64,000 nucleotides of DNA, taken from the NCBI GenBank assembly GCA_965248435.1, contig OZ252100.1, positions 704,001 to 768,000 of the forward strand, given 5' to 3'. Shown piece after piece: positions 19,237-28,655 of this stretch. This stretch comes from Candidatus Latescibacterota bacterium. GTDB taxonomy: Bacteria > Latescibacterota > UBA2968 > GCA-2709665. A program made the position numbers and the translations under genes. Numbering within the stretch: position 1 is the first letter of the stretch; each line of letters begins with the position of its first letter. The notes under the pieces are model-generated. The model saw only the letters and a list, made by a program, of their open reading frames with translations, made no database searches and had not been told where the DNA came from.

Positions 19237-20181
19237 ATGGGAAATCACGAAGTTGAAAACGTAGTGATTATGGGAACGGGCTGTGCCGGGTTGACCGCGG
19301 CGCTCTATGCGGCCCGGGCGAACCTCAGTCCGCTCATGGTTGAAGGAGACCTGGCGGGGGGGCAACTTGGGACGACGACGCTCGTCGAGAACTATCCCGG
19401 ATTCCCGGAAGGTGTCGACGGGCCCGTATTGATGGAACAAATGCGTGAACAGGCCGTCAAGTTTGGCGCCAGAATAGAAAGGGGCCTCGTTGCCCGTGTG
19501 AATGGAGAATCTGCGCCTTTCCAACTCGAATTAGACGATGAGAGGACGATCGCAACCAAAACGGTTATTGTAGCAACCGGAGCCAGTCCGAGATACCTGG
19601 GCATCGAGTCCGAGCGTCGCCTTCTGGGCTACGGTCTCAGCTCCTGCGCAACGTGCGATGGCGCCTTTTTCCGCGATCAGGAGGTCGTTGTCGTAGGCGG
19701 TGGGGACACCGCGATGGAGGATTCGCTCTTCCTCACCCGTTTCGCTTCCAAAGTCACGATCATCCACCGCCGCGATCAGTTTCGTGCATCAAAGATCATG
19801 CAGGAACGGGCTTCTGAAAATTCGAAGATCGATTTCCTCTGGAATTCAATCGTAACGGAGGTTCTCGACCCTGAGAAAAAAGAGGTGACCGGAGTAAAGA
19901 TTCAGAACGTGATCAATAAGGAAGCAGAAATGTTCCCATGCCAAGGCGTGTTTATTGCGATCGGCCACGAACCGAATACGAAGATCTTCAAAAATAAGCT
20001 GGATCTGGACGATCAGGGATACATCCAGGTGAAATATCCGAGAACGTGGACGAATGTTCCAGGTATCTTCGCGTGCGGAGACTGTGTAGATCACACATAC
20101 CGTCAGGCGGTAACGGCCGCAGGCACCGGCTGTGCTGCCGCGATCGATGCGGAACGTTTTTTGGCCGAGAGCGGGACTTGA
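19237..20181 (+). CDS. trxB: Thioredoxin reductase
   Basis: GTGCAGLTAA, GGQL, VENYPGF, CATCDG, GGGDTAME, IHRRDQFRAS, YRQAVTAAGTGC. Confidence 0.96.
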   Translation: MGNHEVENVVIMGTGCAGLTAALYAARANLSPLMVEGDLAGGQLGTTTLVENYPGFPEGVDGPVLMEQMREQAVKFGARIERGLVARVNGESAPFQLELDDERTIATKTVIVATGASPRYLGIESERRLLGYGLSSCATCDGAFFRDQEVVVVGGGDTAMEDSLFLTRFASKVTIIHRRDQFRASKIMQERASENSKIDFLWNSIVTEVLDPEKKEVTGVKIQNVINKEAEMFPCQGVFIAIGHEPNTKIFKNKLDLDDQGYIQVKYPRTWTNVPGIFACGDCVDHTYRQAVTAAGTGCAAAIDAERFLAESGT

Positions 20182-20208
20182 AGCTTGCAACAGCAAAAGG
20201 ATGACTCG

Positions 20209-21486
20209 ATGAGATCCCTGGGCAGACACATCCTTGTAGAATATTTCGGGTGCTGTCAGACAGCCCTAAACGACGTAGACCACGTCGAACAAAGTATGAT
20301 AAAGGCAGCCGAGGCTTCTGGTGCGACAATCATCAATACCACCTTTCACCACTTTTCTCCGTATGGCGTTTCCGGCGTGGTCGTCATTCAAGAGAGCCAC
20401 ATGTCCATCCATACCTGGCCGGAGTATGGATTCGCAGCTGTGGACCTGTTCACGTGCGGAGATCAGATCGACCCACAGGCCTCATATCGCACCTTATGTG
20501 AGTTGCTGCAGGCGGAGAGAGGATCCACGCTGAACATGCGGCGAGGCCATCTCGGGCAACTGAAGAAGATCGATGATGGTAGTGGGTTCTCTCCAAAACG
20601 CAACGCAGCGCCAGAACCGCCCGAGCCGTATTCAAGAAATATCTGGTTTACAGATCGGGATGATGACATTGCCCTGTCCCTTCGGCACGCCGGAATCCTG
20701 TTTTCCGAGGAATCTGAGTTCCAGAAAGTGGAGATCCTGAACACCTATGGGTACGGGAAGATGCTCGTCTTGAACGGGGCGGTCATGTGCACAGAGAGGG
20801 ATGAGTTCGTTTATCACGAAATGATTACCCACGTGCCCATGCTCACGTCGCCCGATGTGGAACGGATTCTGGTTATCGGAGGGGGTGATGGAGGCGCCGC
20901 CAGGGAGGTCCTCAGACATCCCCAGGTGAGCGAAGTCGTCGTTGCAGAAATCGACGAAGTCGTTGTAGACGCCTCTAAGACTCACCTGCCAACCCTGGCA
21001 GAATCCTTCAATGATCCCAGGGTGAAACTCGAAATCCGGGATGGTTCAGACTACATCCAGGCGTGCCAGGACGGGTCCTTCGACCTGATTATCGTCGACT
21101 CCACCGACCCCGTGGGTCCCGCCAAAGGTCTGTTCTCCGACCAGTTTTATTCCGAGGTCTATCGCTGCCTCAAACCGGACGGGCTCATGGTCGCCCAGAC
21201 TGAACCCCCGTCGCTTTATTCTGAAATCTTCAAAGAGATCTACCGGCGTCAGCGGAACATCTTCGGGGCGGGGAAGGTCCACTGCTACCTTGCTTCGATC
21301 CCGACGTACACGACGGGAACGCTGAGCTTCTCATACGCCTCGAAGGGCACAGCCCACCCCGTCGAGAATTTCGATCGTGAGAAATCGACGGCGTTTGCAC
21401 GAAAAAATCGTCTGAAATACTACAATGAGGAAGTCCACCCGGCCGCCTTTTCCCTTCCGACCTTCATAAAAGATCTGCTCAATTAG
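20209..21486 (+). CDS. speE: Fused S-adenosylmethionine decarboxylase (SpeD/SpeH type) and spermidine synthase (SpeE)
   Basis: N-terminal LGRHILVE...GVSGVVVIQESHMSIHTWPE (pyruvoyl E|S). C-terminal SEFQKV, DEFVYHEM, LVIGGGDGG, IIVDSTDPVGPA. Confidence 0.92.
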   Translation: MRSLGRHILVEYFGCCQTALNDVDHVEQSMIKAAEASGATIINTTFHHFSPYGVSGVVVIQESHMSIHTWPEYGFAAVDLFTCGDQIDPQASYRTLCELLQAERGSTLNMRRGHLGQLKKIDDGSGFSPKRNAAPEPPEPYSRNIWFTDRDDDIALSLRHAGILFSEESEFQKVEILNTYGYGKMLVLNGAVMCTERDEFVYHEMITHVPMLTSPDVERILVIGGGDGGAAREVLRHPQVSEVVVAEIDEVVVDASKTHLPTLAESFNDPRVKLEIRDGSDYIQACQDGSFDLIIVDSTDPVGPAKGLFSDQFYSEVYRCLKPDGLMVAQTEPPSLYSEIFKEIYRRQRNIFGAGKVHCYLASIPTYTTGTLSFSYASKGTAHPVENFDREKSTAFARKNRLKYYNEEVHPAAFSLPTFIKDLLN

Positions 21487-21529
21487 GGTTTCGGCTGCGC
21501 AAAGGTTTATCCGACCACGGAGGGCGTAC

Positions 21530-22654
21530 TTGAGCTTTTCTCGACCTGAGGGCCTAGAGGGACCCCGCGCGTGCGGTCCCTACGAACTCCCCGGGGTGCT
21601 GGATCTCGCGAACCTGGTCATGCGGACCCTGGAAACGCCAAAGGACCGTCCTCCTTCTCGCCCGACCATCGGCTTCGATTATCCTCACGTCTTTAACCCC
21701 CACAACCTGGATAACATCAGGATCTTCGTTCACCACGGACACGTCGTCTGCTCCCTCGGAATCTACCCGACGATCGTCCGCACCCCTCGCGGTGAAATAT
21801 CGGTCGGAGGCATCTGCTGCCTGGCGACCCATCCTGAATACCGAAGGCTGGGTCTGGCCACACAGATTATGGAAGATGCCCACGCAAAGATTCAGAGCAA
21901 CGGCCATCATATCGGCCTGCTCAGCACGCTGATTGTCGACTATTATCGCAAGCTGGGCTGGGAAACGGCCGGACGTCAGCGCTTCTTTACGTTTGACCGG
22001 GGCAATGTCCGATTCCTACCCGGTGGTGATGACATCGAACTGACTGAGGACTGGCGATCGCGGGCAAAGGAGCTCAACCTCTTACATCTCGAAGAACCGA
22101 TCAGTTCACCCAGAAGTGATGAACGTTTCCACCTGCTGATGGAGCGAAAAGCTGAAAGCGTCTTCGTTGGCCTTCGGAAGGGCGAGGCGGCCGCGTATGC
22201 GTGTGTCAAGGGCCATCTCGTTAAAGAATACGGGGGCAAACTAGAAGATGTCGGCGCCCTTCTCAAGGCGGTATTCGCTGAATTGGATGAATCCGACACA
22301 TCCACGACAGAACGCCTTCCAGGTCACCGAGCGACGATCCAGATGCAGGTGCAAACGCCGGATACCCTCGGTGGACTGCCCGGCTTCCTCTTACAGAATG
22401 GCGTTGCCAGCCACTTCCAGGATATGGGCATGATCAAGCTGATCGATGTTCAGGGGTTGCTCGGCGCCATCCAACCCCATCCGATTCGGGCGACCCAGAC
22501 CGGTCAACACTGGCAGATATCGAACGGAGAGGTCGAGCAAACCTTGAGCGAACGAGAGCTTGTAAAGCTGCTCTTCGGACCAGAGAGACGGCCTGGCTTT
22601 GCCCCCGACCTGTTTCCCATCGATTTTTATCAGTGGCCCACCGATCGGGTTTGA
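21530..22654 (+). CDS. GNAT-family N-acetyltransferase (Eis-like length)
   Basis: GGICCLATHPEYRRLGLA (acetyl-CoA motif A), YYRKLGWE. Confidence 0.8.
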   Translation: MSFSRPEGLEGPRACGPYELPGVLDLANLVMRTLETPKDRPPSRPTIGFDYPHVFNPHNLDNIRIFVHHGHVVCSLGIYPTIVRTPRGEISVGGICCLATHPEYRRLGLATQIMEDAHAKIQSNGHHIGLLSTLIVDYYRKLGWETAGRQRFFTFDRGNVRFLPGGDDIELTEDWRSRAKELNLLHLEEPISSPRSDERFHLLMERKAESVFVGLRKGEAAAYACVKGHLVKEYGGKLEDVGALLKAVFAELDESDTSTTERLPGHRATIQMQVQTPDTLGGLPGFLLQNGVASHFQDMGMIKLIDVQGLLGAIQPHPIRATQTGQHWQISNGEVEQTLSERELVKLLFGPERRPGFAPDLFPIDFYQWPTDRV

Positions 22655-22681
22655 AGCCCCTCACGGCAGACCTCCCTTCCC

Positions 22682-23422
22682 GTGCCCCGACACCTTACTC
22701 GCCAGTCACTCGCCGAAGACCTGAGCAATCTCGGGATCGAGTCGGAAGATCTACTGTTCATCCACTCTTCCTTCAAGAGCCTCGGGCCCGTGGACGGCGG
22801 CGCAGACACCGTCATCGGCGCCCTTGAAGATGTGGTCGGCGCGCGGGGGCTCATCCTGATGCCCTCCTTCAACCTCATAGACAAGGAACTACGGACAAAG
22901 GTCTGGGATGTAGAGACCACCCCGTCGACCGTAGGTTGGCTGACTGAATACTTTCGTAAAATGGCCGGGACTTACCGCTCCGATCACCCCTCCCATTCCG
23001 TCGCTGCTCGCGGGAAGGGCGCCTCCGAGTTTGTGACCGGTCATCTCCTCTCTGAGGGTTTTAAGTCGCCCTGGGACCGAAATGGCTGGGGACGGACCTA
23101 CGGGACCCATTCCCCGATGTTCAAGGCCTACGAGGAAAACGGGAAGTTGCTGATGCTGGGGGTCGACTACGAATCGTCAACCTACGTGCATTTCGTTGAA
23201 GTCGTCAGATGGAATGCGCGCCTCGCTCGAAACTCGGCGGCGGAATACCCCAAGCTTGATCGCCCGGCCCTGGGGGCATTCTGGGACCGAGCAGGCAACC
23301 TGAGGCGGGGCCTTCTGGGAGATGCGGATTGCAGGCTCTTCAACGTTCGGGACTACGTGGACACGCTCCTTCACGAAGTCCAAGGCAACCCACACCCGTA
23401 TCTCCTGAAGAGAAAACAATAA
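22682..23422 (+). CDS. AAC(3)/YokD-family N-acetyltransferase
   Basis: FIHSSFKSLG, ILMPSF, VGWLTEYFR, RSDHPSHSV, LLMLGVDYESSTYVH. Confidence 0.87.
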   Translation: MPRHLTRQSLAEDLSNLGIESEDLLFIHSSFKSLGPVDGGADTVIGALEDVVGARGLILMPSFNLIDKELRTKVWDVETTPSTVGWLTEYFRKMAGTYRSDHPSHSVAARGKGASEFVTGHLLSEGFKSPWDRNGWGRTYGTHSPMFKAYEENGKLLMLGVDYESSTYVHFVEVVRWNARLARNSAAEYPKLDRPALGAFWDRAGNLRRGLLGDADCRLFNVRDYVDTLLHEVQGNPHPYLLKRKQ

Positions 23423-24381
23423 TGAGTCTACTCGAACAGGTCCGGGTCCGATGCAACGCGGTCGCGGATAGGGCAGGGTCCGTTCAGATCGACACCGATC
23501 GCATCGCATCCTACGCCGCCTCTCTGCCGATAGACCGGTTGCGGAACCCCGAAGTCGATCCGGGCTGCCACTATTTGGGTCACGGGGTCGAGACCATTGC
23601 TTTTTTTCTGACCTTGAACACGGTCAACTTTGGGTCGGGCTACTTCCCAATCCTGAAGAAGCGACCCGGGATGTCGGGCTATTTCACGATCGCATCGTCC
23701 CTGAACGATTACTTCAGGGAAAACGGCCCCCTCTCGGCGGAAAAACTTGCGCAAATTTCTCCAGAGGCGTGTGCAAGACTGTTCGGGCAGGATGCCGAGA
23801 GCGAACCCATCCGAGAGCTGATGCAGCTTTTCGCAACAGCCCTCGGTGATCTGGGTCTTCACCTTCTGAATCGGTTCGAGGGCAAGTTCGACGCGCTCGT
23901 CGAATCGGCGCAATGTTCCGCAGATCATCTGGTCAGGCTCCTCTGCGAAATGCGCTACTTCAACGATGTGGAATCCTACAAAGAGCTACAGGTCCCTTTC
24001 TTCAAACGGGCGCAAATCACAGCCGCCGACCTCTCTCTCGCATTCGATGGTCAGGGTCCGGGACAATTCAATGACCTCCATCATCTCACGATGTTTGCCG
24101 ACAACCTCGTTCCTCACGTGCTCCGGATCGACAACGTCCTCCGCTACGACGATGCGCTGGCCGCGCGAATAGATCAAGCCGAATTGATTCCCGCGGGTTC
24201 AACAGAGGAGGTGGAACTCCGCGCCTGCGCCGTCCACGCCGTCGAACTCCTTGTCTCTGAGCTTGCATCGTTAGGTCAAAGGCTCACGTCGATGGAAGTG
24301 GACAATCTGCTCTGGAACCGGGGACAGCAGTCAGAATACAAGACTTTTCCACGTCACCGGACCCGCTCCGTTTTCTACTAA
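23422..24381 (+). CDS. Queuosine salvage N-glycosylase (Qng1/DUF2419 family)
   Basis: TVNFGSG, FFKRAQI, LTMFADNLVPHVLR, EVELRA, DNLLW, HRTRSVFY. ATG overlaps the upstream TAA. Confidence 0.85.
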   Translation: MSLLEQVRVRCNAVADRAGSVQIDTDRIASYAASLPIDRLRNPEVDPGCHYLGHGVETIAFFLTLNTVNFGSGYFPILKKRPGMSGYFTIASSLNDYFRENGPLSAEKLAQISPEACARLFGQDAESEPIRELMQLFATALGDLGLHLLNRFEGKFDALVESAQCSADHLVRLLCEMRYFNDVESYKELQVPFFKRAQITAADLSLAFDGQGPGQFNDLHHLTMFADNLVPHVLRIDNVLRYDDALAARIDQAELIPAGSTEEVELRACAVHAVELLVSELASLGQRLTSMEVDNLLWNRGQQSEYKTFPRHRTRSVFY

Positions 24382-24397
24382 CCGCCCTGACCGTTAC

Positions 24398-24426
24398 TTG
24401 ACGCGAGCTGAGCTTGGCATTATATT
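24398..24426 (+). promoter_or_regulatory. Sigma70 promoter for a small monocistronic gene
   Basis: TTGACG, 17 nt, TATATT. Confidence 0.7.
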
Positions 24427-24460
24427 TCATAAGTTAAAAAATTTGCCAGGAGTTAACTAC

Positions 24461-24712
24461 GTGACGACCGAACAGGCCACATCTCTCAAAAAAACCTTAG
24501 AAGTGATGATGAACAAGATCTCCCAGAAGGAGATCGTCATCGAACAATTGACTCAGATCGGCCGACTACAAGAGGAGATTTCACCGACCGCGCCGGCCGA
24601 ACTCAAGCACTATCTCCAGAATCGAAGCTATACGAAGGCGCTTCAGTATTTGAACACAGGATTTGTGATCGAAGACCCTGATAGACCTGATTGTGACGAA
24701 GACCACCCATAG
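24461..24712 (+). CDS. Small hypothetical protein (83 aa)
   Basis: AGGAG RBS and GTG start, own promoter and terminator, helical LKHYLQNRSYTKAL segment. Confidence 0.75.
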   Translation: MTTEQATSLKKTLEVMMNKISQKEIVIEQLTQIGRLQEEISPTAPAELKHYLQNRSYTKALQYLNTGFVIEDPDRPDCDEDHP

Positions 24713-24732
24713 GTATTCAGGAAGCATCAAGC

Positions 24733-24769
24733 AAAAAGGCCCCTGCGTCCATCGCAAGGTGCCTTTTTT
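24733..24769 (+). terminator. Intrinsic terminator
   Basis: AAAAAGGC-CCCTGCG pairs with CGCAAGG-T-GCCTTTTTT. Confidence 0.75.
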
Positions 24770-24808
24770 CGCTCTACGTACTTCCAGTCGAGTTTGTTGG
24801 TAGCGTAA

Positions 24809-26008
24809 GTGGCCGTTCGCGGGAGGACGTTTTTGGCAACCATTGTGGACGGAAAACGGCGAATCCCGTTCATGCGTGGAATGCTAACCCACTATCTGAT
24901 CGAACAGGGATTCTCATTCAAGGAGGCTTACGCGGTCGCCGACCGGGTCCGAACGGCGATCCAGGACAAGGCCACCGTCTCCTCAAAGACAATGAGACGC
25001 CTCATTCGTGCCCACGTGAAGGAGCTTTTCGGGGATCGATCGGCCGGCGACGCCAAATTCTGGTCGCCGACGTTAAAGCAGGTGCTTGTGGAAGATGAGG
25101 AGGGAAGCGCCCCCTTCTCTCGGGAGCATCTATCCCGATCCCTGGTCGTTACTGGCGTAAGCGAGGAGCGGGCTTACCCGATCGCGGAGCGGATAATGGT
25201 CCGCTTTGTCCAATCGAACAAAACGGTCGTCAGCCGGGACGAGATTCGAAGGGCAGTCCTCAAGCTCCTGCAGGACGAATATGGAGAGGAGTTCGCACAG
25301 CGCTACAGGACGTGGAACTGGTTTCGGAATCGTGAGCAAACCCGGCCTCTGATTCTCATGATCGGCGGTGCGACCGGAGTCGGAAAGACGACCGTTGCGG
25401 TGGCCCTGGCAAATCTGCTCAGGATCTCGAGAGTCGCATCCACAGACGAGATTCGCCAGGTAATGCGTCTGATGATCGCGCCGGACCTCATACCTGTCCT
25501 TCACGACTCTTCCTATCAGGCCTGGGAGCATCTGACCATTCCCCCTCCAGGAAAGGTGGATGCGGTCGTCTACGCCTTCCGCGAACAGGCGACCCGTGTC
25601 GCCGTCGGGGTAAAGGCCGCGATCGATCGTTCGATTGAAGAAAATGTAAACCTCATCATAGATGGCGTTCATCTCTTGCCCGATCTTGTCGAGGTGGAGC
25701 CTCGTTCAAAGCAGGCACTGTTCATAAGGGTCAACCTCTATCTATCAGATCCTGAGCCCTTTGTAGAACGGTTCGAACTGCGCGGACAGGAGGCTTCGAG
25801 GCGGTCTCAACATCGATATATAGAACACCTGGACGAAATCCTCAAGATTCAAAAACATATTCTCAAGGTCGGCAAGGCAAACGGCGTTCCTGCGATCGAA
25901 AACAACGACATGGACGAAACCGTGCAATCTCTCTCTCTACAGATAATGGATAAGCTCCAGGAGGAAGCGAAAGCCCCCAGGGCACGGAAAACTTCCAAGA
26001 AATCCTAG
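24809..26008 (+). CDS. 2-phosphoglycerate kinase-like protein (two ATP-cone-like repeats plus P-loop)
   Basis: PFMRGML and PFSREHL cone-like starts, LMIGGATGVGKTT, STDEIRQVMR, LHDSSY, IIDGVHLLP. Confidence 0.75.
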   Translation: MAVRGRTFLATIVDGKRRIPFMRGMLTHYLIEQGFSFKEAYAVADRVRTAIQDKATVSSKTMRRLIRAHVKELFGDRSAGDAKFWSPTLKQVLVEDEEGSAPFSREHLSRSLVVTGVSEERAYPIAERIMVRFVQSNKTVVSRDEIRRAVLKLLQDEYGEEFAQRYRTWNWFRNREQTRPLILMIGGATGVGKTTVAVALANLLRISRVASTDEIRQVMRLMIAPDLIPVLHDSSYQAWEHLTIPPPGKVDAVVYAFREQATRVAVGVKAAIDRSIEENVNLIIDGVHLLPDLVEVEPRSKQALFIRVNLYLSDPEPFVERFELRGQEASRRSQHRYIEHLDEILKIQKHILKVGKANGVPAIENNDMDETVQSLSLQIMDKLQEEAKAPRARKTSKKS

Positions 26009-26045
26009 GGGTCGCTTGCTGAGGTAATCAAGAGAGGCGATTAAG

Positions 26046-26702
26046 ATGATCAGGTCTATTACTATTTTCGGAAGAATCGGATTGCTGGCCTTGCTGTTCT
26101 GTTCGGACAGCGAAGGGCAGACGCGACTCGAAGGGATAGGCGAGGTCGGTGGGGGCATATTCCTGCCGACGGGGTCAGAGGGAGACGTTGCACAGCTCAG
26201 TCCAGCCCTGCAGCTCGTGGCGAGCGTTAGGTTTGCGAACCATCTGGGAGCTGAAGCGGAATTCCTTTACGTGCCGATCGTTTTCGAGTCCGACGCCCTC
26301 CCCTTTTCCGCTTACAGGCGGAGCTCGCAGATATCTGCGGTCGCGGGTCCCCGATTTATATCCGGTGCGCTCCTCGGATCTACACGGGCCGCGGTCGCGT
26401 ACCTCTCCCTCCGAGCGGGCTTCGCGAGGATCGTAACCGAGACGAACACCCTCTTATTCGAAGGCGGATGGATTGGACGCTCTGCACAAGCAGTTGAAAA
26501 TCCAGGGCTTACAGGAACTTCCTACACTTCCAGACGGGAGGCTTTTGTCCTTTCCCCTAAAGTGGGCACCCTCTTCCGCCTTACCGAAAGATCTGCCTTC
26601 AACATCGCTTTCTTCCCCATCTTCGTATTCGATCAGGATGAAGTAAGCACCCAGTTCTACATCACCGTAACCTTCGCCCTTTCCGCCTGGCAAATCTTCT
26701 AG
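26046..26702 (+). CDS. Exported hypothetical protein, probable small outer-membrane beta-barrel
   Basis: Signal-peptide-like N-terminus, amphipathic beta strands, terminal Phe (WQIF). Confidence 0.55.
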   Translation: MIRSITIFGRIGLLALLFCSDSEGQTRLEGIGEVGGGIFLPTGSEGDVAQLSPALQLVASVRFANHLGAEAEFLYVPIVFESDALPFSAYRRSSQISAVAGPRFISGALLGSTRAAVAYLSLRAGFARIVTETNTLLFEGGWIGRSAQAVENPGLTGTSYTSRREAFVLSPKVGTLFRLTERSAFNIAFFPIFVFDQDEVSTQFYITVTFALSAWQIF

Positions 26703-26729
26703 CGTAATTGCCCTGGATGAGGACAGGTA

Positions 26730-27710
26730 ATGACGAAAGCTAAGATTATAGCCAAAACACTGGCAGCACGATTTGGCAAACCTTCACCGCTTGCCCTCAC
26801 TTACGAACTCACACATCTCTGTAATCTCGAATGCATCTACTGCGACCGTCACACACCCCTACCGAAAGAATTGTCTCACGATGTCATTTTTGGGGTTCTT
26901 GAAGAATTCATTGAATTGGGGATGTGGAAGATCAACCTGGATGGTGGTGAGCCTTTGGCCCATCGGCATATCGACGAGATCGTCTCGTGGCTTGCCGAAC
27001 GCGACATATCGGTCCGGATAAACACGAATGGCATTCTTGTACCCAAAAAGATTGAATCCATAAAGAAGATGTCGGTAGTGAAGATAAGTCTGGATGGGCC
27101 GAGAGAGAACCACTCCATGCGCGGAAAGGGATCATTCGATAAGGCGATTCACGGGGCCACCGCGGCCAGGGAGGCGGGCGTCCCGAAGGTGGCGTTTACG
27201 TGTGTCCTGGGACAACACAATGCCAGTGCGATCGATTCCCTCATCGATTTGCTTGAGGAACTTAACTTCCCCGTAATTTTTCAGCCCCTGCGCAACAGTC
27301 TGTTTCAAGGAATGGACCGGGACGGCTCTGAATTTCAGTTACAGGACTTGGAGCTAAAGACCGCATTCGCAAAGATCGAAGAACGGAAACGGTCGAGTGA
27401 AGTCATCAACAACAAGTGGTCCAGTCTCCGCCACTTCAGGACGTTTCCTGATGACACATCACTGCCTTGTTCAGCGGGCTGGATTTCCGCGACCATGGAC
27501 CCAGAAGGCAACCTTTATCATTGTGGGCAGATCAACCGGGGGGATAAAACGAAGAACGTTTTACGGCGCGGCGTTCGGGCTGCGTTCGAAAATTTGAACA
27601 GAAACGGATGTCCTCAGTGCTGGTGCGCTCGAACCGTTGAAGGCAATTACAAGTGGGGCGGTCGCATTGACAAACTGATTCCCCTTACGGCGCGACGAAT
27701 ACCTGCCTAG
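26730..27710 (+). CDS. Radical SAM protein with SPASM/Twitch-like C-terminus
   Basis: CNLECIYC, GGEPL, NTNG, ISLDG, CSAG...GNLYHC, CPQCWC. Confidence 0.88.
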   Translation: MTKAKIIAKTLAARFGKPSPLALTYELTHLCNLECIYCDRHTPLPKELSHDVIFGVLEEFIELGMWKINLDGGEPLAHRHIDEIVSWLAERDISVRINTNGILVPKKIESIKKMSVVKISLDGPRENHSMRGKGSFDKAIHGATAAREAGVPKVAFTCVLGQHNASAIDSLIDLLEELNFPVIFQPLRNSLFQGMDRDGSEFQLQDLELKTAFAKIEERKRSSEVINNKWSSLRHFRTFPDDTSLPCSAGWISATMDPEGNLYHCGQINRGDKTKNVLRRGVRAAFENLNRNGCPQCWCARTVEGNYKWGGRIDKLIPLTARRIPA

Positions 27711-27791
27711 GTTCTCTTAAGAGCAGCAGCTCTACTATTGGCCAGCCGGGGATTCGGGCTGCGGTAAATGCTGGTATACGCTACTTCGCTT

Positions 27792-27822
27792 TTCCTACCT
27801 TCCTACCTTCCTATCTTCTACC
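27792..27822 (+). repeat. Short tandem repeat, TTCCTACC-like x4
   Basis: TTCCTACC TTCCTACC TTCCTATC TTCTACC just upstream of the methyltransferase gene. Confidence 0.7.
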
Positions 27823-27839
27823 GATCCCGGAGTTGACTC

Positions 27840-28580
27840 ATGTGCTTCGACCGACTGCGCAGCTATTTTGCAGTGCGCGTCCGAAAAGACTTGCACTTTC
27901 GAAGAGTCATGGAAACAGATTTGGCGATGCGGTGGCTCAACTCCGGAACCGGGCAGCGTATATTAGACATCGGCTGTGGGGATGGGACCTACGACTATCG
28001 CCTCGTTCGCCAGGGAGCGACTGTGGTGGGGATCGACATCGATCGGCAGAGACTTCTGAGAGCGTCACACCATCATTTAGGTCGCGGTCTTGTATTCCTC
28101 GAAGCCCGCGCCGAGTCCATTCCTGTCAGAAGCGGATCTTTTGATTCGGTGATGAGCCTCTGTGTTTTCGAGCATCTGGCCCACGACGATCAGGTGCTGG
28201 CGGAGGCACGCCGTGCCTTGCAATCCAAAGGACGATTGCTCCTGACGCTCGACAGTTTCAGCCGACCCGACGTATCGGAGTGCTGGCGTAACCGCCTCCG
28301 AAAGACACACGGTGTGCGCCAATTGTACACGATCTCCGCCATCGAATCGAAGTTGCAACAACAAGGCTTTCGGTTGCTTCGTTCTCGCTATGTCATGTCC
28401 TCACCCCTCGACCTCCATCTCATCAAGCTGAGCTATGATACAGAACACATGAAACCGATCTGGGCTGCCCTGATACGCACATTCCTGGTGACCGCCGGGA
28501 GATTGATAAGCCATCTCGCCAATACCGGACTGAGTGCGGACAGTGGATGGACCTTGATGGTGGAGGCTTCTCTGGCCTGA
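27840..28580 (+). CDS. Class I SAM-dependent methyltransferase
   Basis: ILDIGCGDG, VVGIDID, SFDSVMSLCVFEHL. Start uncertain. Confidence 0.85.
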   Translation: MCFDRLRSYFAVRVRKDLHFRRVMETDLAMRWLNSGTGQRILDIGCGDGTYDYRLVRQGATVVGIDIDRQRLLRASHHHLGRGLVFLEARAESIPVRSGSFDSVMSLCVFEHLAHDDQVLAEARRALQSKGRLLLTLDSFSRPDVSECWRNRLRKTHGVRQLYTISAIESKLQQQGFRLLRSRYVMSSPLDLHLIKLSYDTEHMKPIWAALIRTFLVTAGRLISHLANTGLSADSGWTLMVEASLA

Positions 28581-28655
28581 GGTCGATGCCATTCACGAAT
28601 GGTTACAGTTTCACCGGAAACCTTGAACGACTGACCCGTAACTTCTGAGTTCACC

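Noticed and set aside
22682-23422. AAC(3) gene as an acquired aminoglycoside-resistance determinant
   Set aside because: Host-like composition and no mobile context. The family includes many chromosomal YokD-like enzymes with other substrates.
26730-27840. RiPP cluster around the radical SAM gene
   Set aside because: No precursor peptide, PqqD/RRE domain, peptidase or exporter is adjacent.
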